From positions 116,820-180,819 of the forward strand of contig JAEWRE010000039.1 of NCBI GenBank assembly GCA_023460235.1: a stretch of 64,000 nt of DNA, in the 5' to 3' direction. A model generated the notes under the pieces. That model was not told the origin of the DNA, made no database searches, and was given only the letters and a program-made list of their open reading frames with translations. Within the stretch, counting starts at the first letter, position 1. The number at the start of each line of letters is the position of its first letter. Positions 61,027-64,000 of the stretch are shown in pieces. This DNA comes from Bacillota bacterium. GTDB lineage: Bacteria; Bacillota; Clostridia; TANB77; CAG-465. A program made the position numbers and the translations under genes.

Positions 61027-61449
61027 ATGTGTGTTATGAAAAAATTTTATGATTATATACAAAAGGAAAATATTATATATAAAGAAGATTATATTGATGA
61101 AAATATAAAGGGACTATGCATAAAACTACCGAACAGTAAGACTGCTATTATTCTTAACAATAGTCTAATAGAAAATAAAATTGAAAGAAACTGTATTCTT
61201 GCGGAAGAATTAGGACACTATTATTGTGATGCCCTTTATTCACCATTTTGTAAAGATCAAACGATAATAGATCGAAATGAATATAGAGCAAAGAAATGGG
61301 CATTTAAGTCTATCATAGGTAAAAAATTAAATCAAAATATAAAAAAGTATAAAAATATGCTTAAATATGAAGTTGCTGAAGAAATTGGTGTAACTGAAGA
61401 TATGCTTGATATGGCATATGATTATTATAAAAGAAATGAGGCGCTTTAA
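61027..61449 (+). CDS. ImmA/IrrE-like (DUF955) putative metallopeptidase with variant motif (EELGH instead of HExxH)
   Basis: 140 aa. ILAEELGHYYCD. Translationally coupled to the repressor gene. Confidence 0.4.
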   Translation: MCVMKKFYDYIQKENIIYKEDYIDENIKGLCIKLPNSKTAIILNNSLIENKIERNCILAEELGHYYCDALYSPFCKDQTIIDRNEYRAKKWAFKSIIGKKLNQNIKKYKNMLKYEVAEEIGVTEDMLDMAYDYYKRNEAL

Positions 61450-61479
61450 TAGTTGGTAGTTATAGGGAACATGGAAATT

Positions 61480-61927
61480 GATATGAATTAAAATATACTT
61501 ACAAAGAAAAAACAAATTATAAAACAATTAAATTAAGCAAAGCTATGAATATAGATACTGAATTACAAAGATTTGTAATTGCTATTGAAGATAAAGTATC
61601 ACCTACCTCATCTATTAACTTTACAGTTTATGCTCAAAATGGTTGGATGAATATGCTTATCCAAAATTATCTGCCAAAACAATATAAGGTTACAAGGAAC
61701 AATTAAACAATAAAATAATTCCTTATTTTGGAAGTATGCAATTGAAAGACATTACAACTTATAATATTCAACTTTTTTTAAATGATTTATCAAAGGAATT
61801 TATAGTCGAGAAAATAGTAAAAGGTGAGAAAATAACACAATTAACACAATTAACAGGATGCACAATAAAAAATACAAAGATTAATTTCAGTTATGCTCAA
61901 TTCAGCAGTAAAGTGGCAATTAATTGA
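61480..61927 (+). pseudogene. Tyrosine-integrase remnant (N-terminal AP2-like/core-binding fragments only, frameshifted, catalytic domain absent)
   Basis: Frame a: YELKYTYKEKTNYKTIKLSKAMNIDTELQRF...YLPKQYK. Frame b: IPYFGSMQLKDITTYNIQLFLNDLSKEF (classic integrase N-terminal signature). The ORF ends about 70 nt before the att repeat. Confidence 0.5.
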
Positions 61928-61998
61928 ATTTAATCCGTGTATATATGTATATTTCTTAAAGGTAAAGAAAGTACAATAAAGTCAGTTTTTTTAATAGA

Positions 61999-62046
61999 CT
62001 ACGAATCCCCGTAGGCTGGGGGTTCGAATCCCTTCAGGTGCACCAT
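61999..62046 (+). repeat. attR-like partial copy of the tRNA-Arg(ACG) 3' end
   Basis: GACTACGAATCCCCGTAGGCTGGGGGTTCGAATCCCTTCAGGTGCACCA versus the tRNA GACTACGAATCCGTAGGTTGGGGGTTCAAATCCCTTCAGGTGCACCA. No 5' half present. Confidence 0.75.
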
Positions 62047-62073
62047 TATAATTACTGTGATATCAAGCATTAT

Positions 62074-62547
62074 CTAAATATTTTGCTTGATATTTTTTTT
62101 ATCATAACTTGATTTTTTTACTGTAACAAGAATACTAAATAATAATGTTTGTATTAATATTTCTAGTAAACCTCCAATTTGTAAACTTAATGGTTCTTTA
62201 GAAGGATAAAGATATATAAATTCTTCAATTGAAAAAGAAGCTGTACCAGGTGTATTAAAAATTCCTAATATTATAAGAATCAACCATACTCTTAACCATC
62301 CATATTTATTATTGATATAACTATTTCTAATTAATACTAGAACTATTCCAAATAGAATACCTCTAATAATTTGAAAAAGTGGTGCCATTTTAACTATAAT
62401 ACTACTCATATCTCTTCGAGTTGAACTATCAATTAGGGAACTCTGATAATTAAATATTTGTGAAAAAACAATACCACAAACTACATATGTTATAACATGA
62501 ATTATAGTTACTTTAAATATAAATTTTATTTTCTCATTTTTTATCAT
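62074..62547 (-). CDS. Membrane protein (4 TM)
   Basis: 157 aa. Confidence 0.35.
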   Translation of the reverse strand: MIKNEKIKFIFKVTIIHVITYVVCGIVFSQIFNYQSSLIDSSTRRDMSSIIVKMAPLFQIIRGILFGIVLVLIRNSYINNKYGWLRVWLILIILGIFNTPGTASFSIEEFIYLYPSKEPLSLQIGGLLEILIQTLLFSILVTVKKSSYDKKNIKQNI

Positions 62548-62586
62548 TTTTCTTACTATTTTATATAGATATTTTGCAGATATATT

Positions 62587-63210
62587 TTATTTACTATTTT
62601 GCTTTTCTTTTCGACTTTGAATATACGTTACAAGTGAACATATAAATATATATATTATAAAAAATAGAATAAATTGCATATATGTATTGCTAGATAATAT
62701 TGGATATGGTGCCATAAAATGTGAAAATAATAAATTGTATATTATAGACAATGGTATAAACACAATAATCCATATATTGATTTTCCAAAATTTATTTTGA
62801 GATAACAATTTATCTTTGTTAGAAGCCTGATATTTTCCTATTGTAAAGATCATAGTTCCAATTATCATAAATATAAAGCCTGCTAAAATTGCATCATCTG
62901 CCCTTGTATTATTCCATATAAAAATTGATATTAATAATCCTAAAAAATTTAAAGAGGTCGCTACTGAATTAAAAATATATGTGTTTTCTGTACTATTATC
63001 TCTTTTGTTATTTTCTATTCCCCTTAGTAATAAATCCGTAGTAACATCAAAAAAGTCACTTAGTAGTATTATTTTATCAATATCAGGTATTGATTGTCCA
63101 CTCTCCCACTTTGAAACCGCTTGCCTTGATACCCCTATTTTATCTGCAAGTTCTTCTTGTGAAATTCCTTTAATTTTTCTAAATTCTAAAATCCTATCTG
63201 CTAATGTCAT
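62587..63210 (-). CDS. Membrane-bound XRE HTH regulator (N-terminal HTH plus C-terminal 4-TM domain)
   Basis: 207 aa. HTH ISQEELADKIGVSRQAVSKWESGQ. Confidence 0.5.
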   Translation of the reverse strand: MTLADRILEFRKIKGISQEELADKIGVSRQAVSKWESGQSIPDIDKIILLSDFFDVTTDLLLRGIENNKRDNSTENTYIFNSVATSLNFLGLLISIFIWNNTRADDAILAGFIFMIIGTMIFTIGKYQASNKDKLLSQNKFWKINIWIIVFIPLSIIYNLLFSHFMAPYPILSSNTYMQFILFFIIYIFICSLVTYIQSRKEKQNSK

Positions 63211-63448
63211 AATAAAAATCTCCTTTCTATTTTTATTATATCAATATCCTAGTTACACCTCAACCAAGTAGACCTTTAAATTTGTCAACTAACGGTTGCA
63301 TGATATCTTAATTATCTTTTTTTACAAAAATTATACTATAAAAAGAAATAATTTAATATATGAATTTTAGAATTATAATAAAATATTATTATTTTTCTTT
63401 ATAAATTTATGCATACTATTATTAATATAGTTAGCTTTTAATATCTGA

Positions 63449-63796
63449 TCATATAAAATTTTTAGTTTTTCTTTTCATTATTATTACATCATCCCTTATG
63501 TACTCAACAATATAACTAAAAATTTTATCCACTTCAAATTCTTCAATAAAAAATATTTCATCTTTTGTAAAAACATAATTATAATCATATATAACTTGAT
63601 TACACATATTTAATATTAGATTATACAACTTCTCTTTTATTATTGTTTCTAGTAAAACACTATATTTTCCATTTTGATTTTTCTTTATATGTTCAACAAA
63701 ATTATATTTATAATATATTTCATTTGACTTCTTTTTTATTTCATTATAATAATTATATTTTTTAAATATATTAAACAATTTCATACTCCACCTCAA
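63449..63796 (-). CDS. Hypothetical protein
   Basis: 115 aa. Confidence 0.3.
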   Translation of the reverse strand: MRWSMKLFNIFKKYNYYNEIKKKSNEIYYKYNFVEHIKKNQNGKYSVLLETIIKEKLYNLILNMCNQVIYDYNYVFTKDEIFFIEEFEVDKIFSYIVEYIRDDVIIMKRKTKNFI

Positions 63797-64000
63797 GACC
63801 TATTAGTTATAAAATATGCATAATAAGTCATTATATTTAACTACAAAATAATGTATTATATTATATAATGATCTTTATTTATATAATACATACATGATTT
63901 GAAAGGATTTTATTATGAATTATTTGTCTTTATTTAAAAATGATTTTGAACTAAGAAACCATATATCAACAAGCATAAAAAAAATACGAAAAGAGAATAA

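Larger units (their letters stand above)
48714..62046. mobile_element. About 13.3 kb tail-only phage-derived element at tRNA-Arg(ACG): candidate F-type tailocin locus / defective prophage
   Basis: Bounded by a full tRNA and a diverged 47-bp copy of its 3' end. Gene content is tail, lysis and regulators only, with an integrase pseudogene. Confidence 0.6.

Noticed and set aside
1-64000. CRISPR arrays, rRNA operons, IS elements/transposases
   Set aside because: No regularly spaced direct repeats, no rRNA-like GC-rich blocks beyond ffs and rnpB, and no transposase-like ORFs or terminal inverted repeats were seen.

Overview
This is a very AT-rich (~25% GC) chromosomal segment from a low-GC, spore-forming Firmicute of the Clostridia type (spmA/spmB, dapL, DnaD/DnaI pair present). 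Most of the window is housekeeping: hpt, apt, tatD-like, a two-component system, murI, recR, ybaB, dnaX with the SRP RNA gene upstream, RNase P RNA, a gyrA-type topoisomerase subunit, ksgA, yabE-like, lemA-htpX, dut, miaA-mutL-mutS, spmAB, dapL and an SDR. There are five tRNA genes (Lys-Glu-Thr cluster, Arg-CCT, Arg-ACG) and two structured RNAs that the ORF track misses (ffs and rnpB, both on the minus strand). The most interesting region is 48.7-62.0 kb. A ~13.3 kb element sits at tRNA-Arg(ACG), bounded by a diverged direct repeat of the tRNA 3' end, and carries only a siphovirus-type tail module. That module includes a TP901-1-family major tail protein, chaperones, an unusually short 407-aa tape measure, Dit/Tal-like proteins, a collar-domain fibre, a TcdE-family holin and an M23/SH3b lysin. 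Control genes are a sigma-region-4-like late activator and an ImmR/ImmA-like repressor/protease pair with repeated operator half-sites. The integrase survives only as N-terminal fragments, and there are no head, portal, terminase or replication genes. I read this as a domesticated F-type (non-contractile) phage-tail-like bacteriocin (tailocin) candidate rather than a prophage. Other accessory signals follow. (1) A second att-like duplication, ~105 bp covering the tRNA-Thr 3' half, flanks a 0.86 kb mini-element with two tiny ORFs. (2) Two orphan TraG/VirD4-like coupling-protein-like ATPases (9.9-11.9 kb and 23.4-25.2 kb) lie among core genes, the second in an operon with VirB2-like and VirB6-like membrane proteins but no VirB4. 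(3) A Gly/His/Met-rich tandem-repeat protein is a likely spore-coat component. (4) An orphan islet sits around tRNA-Arg(CCT). No CRISPR, rRNA or transposase was seen.
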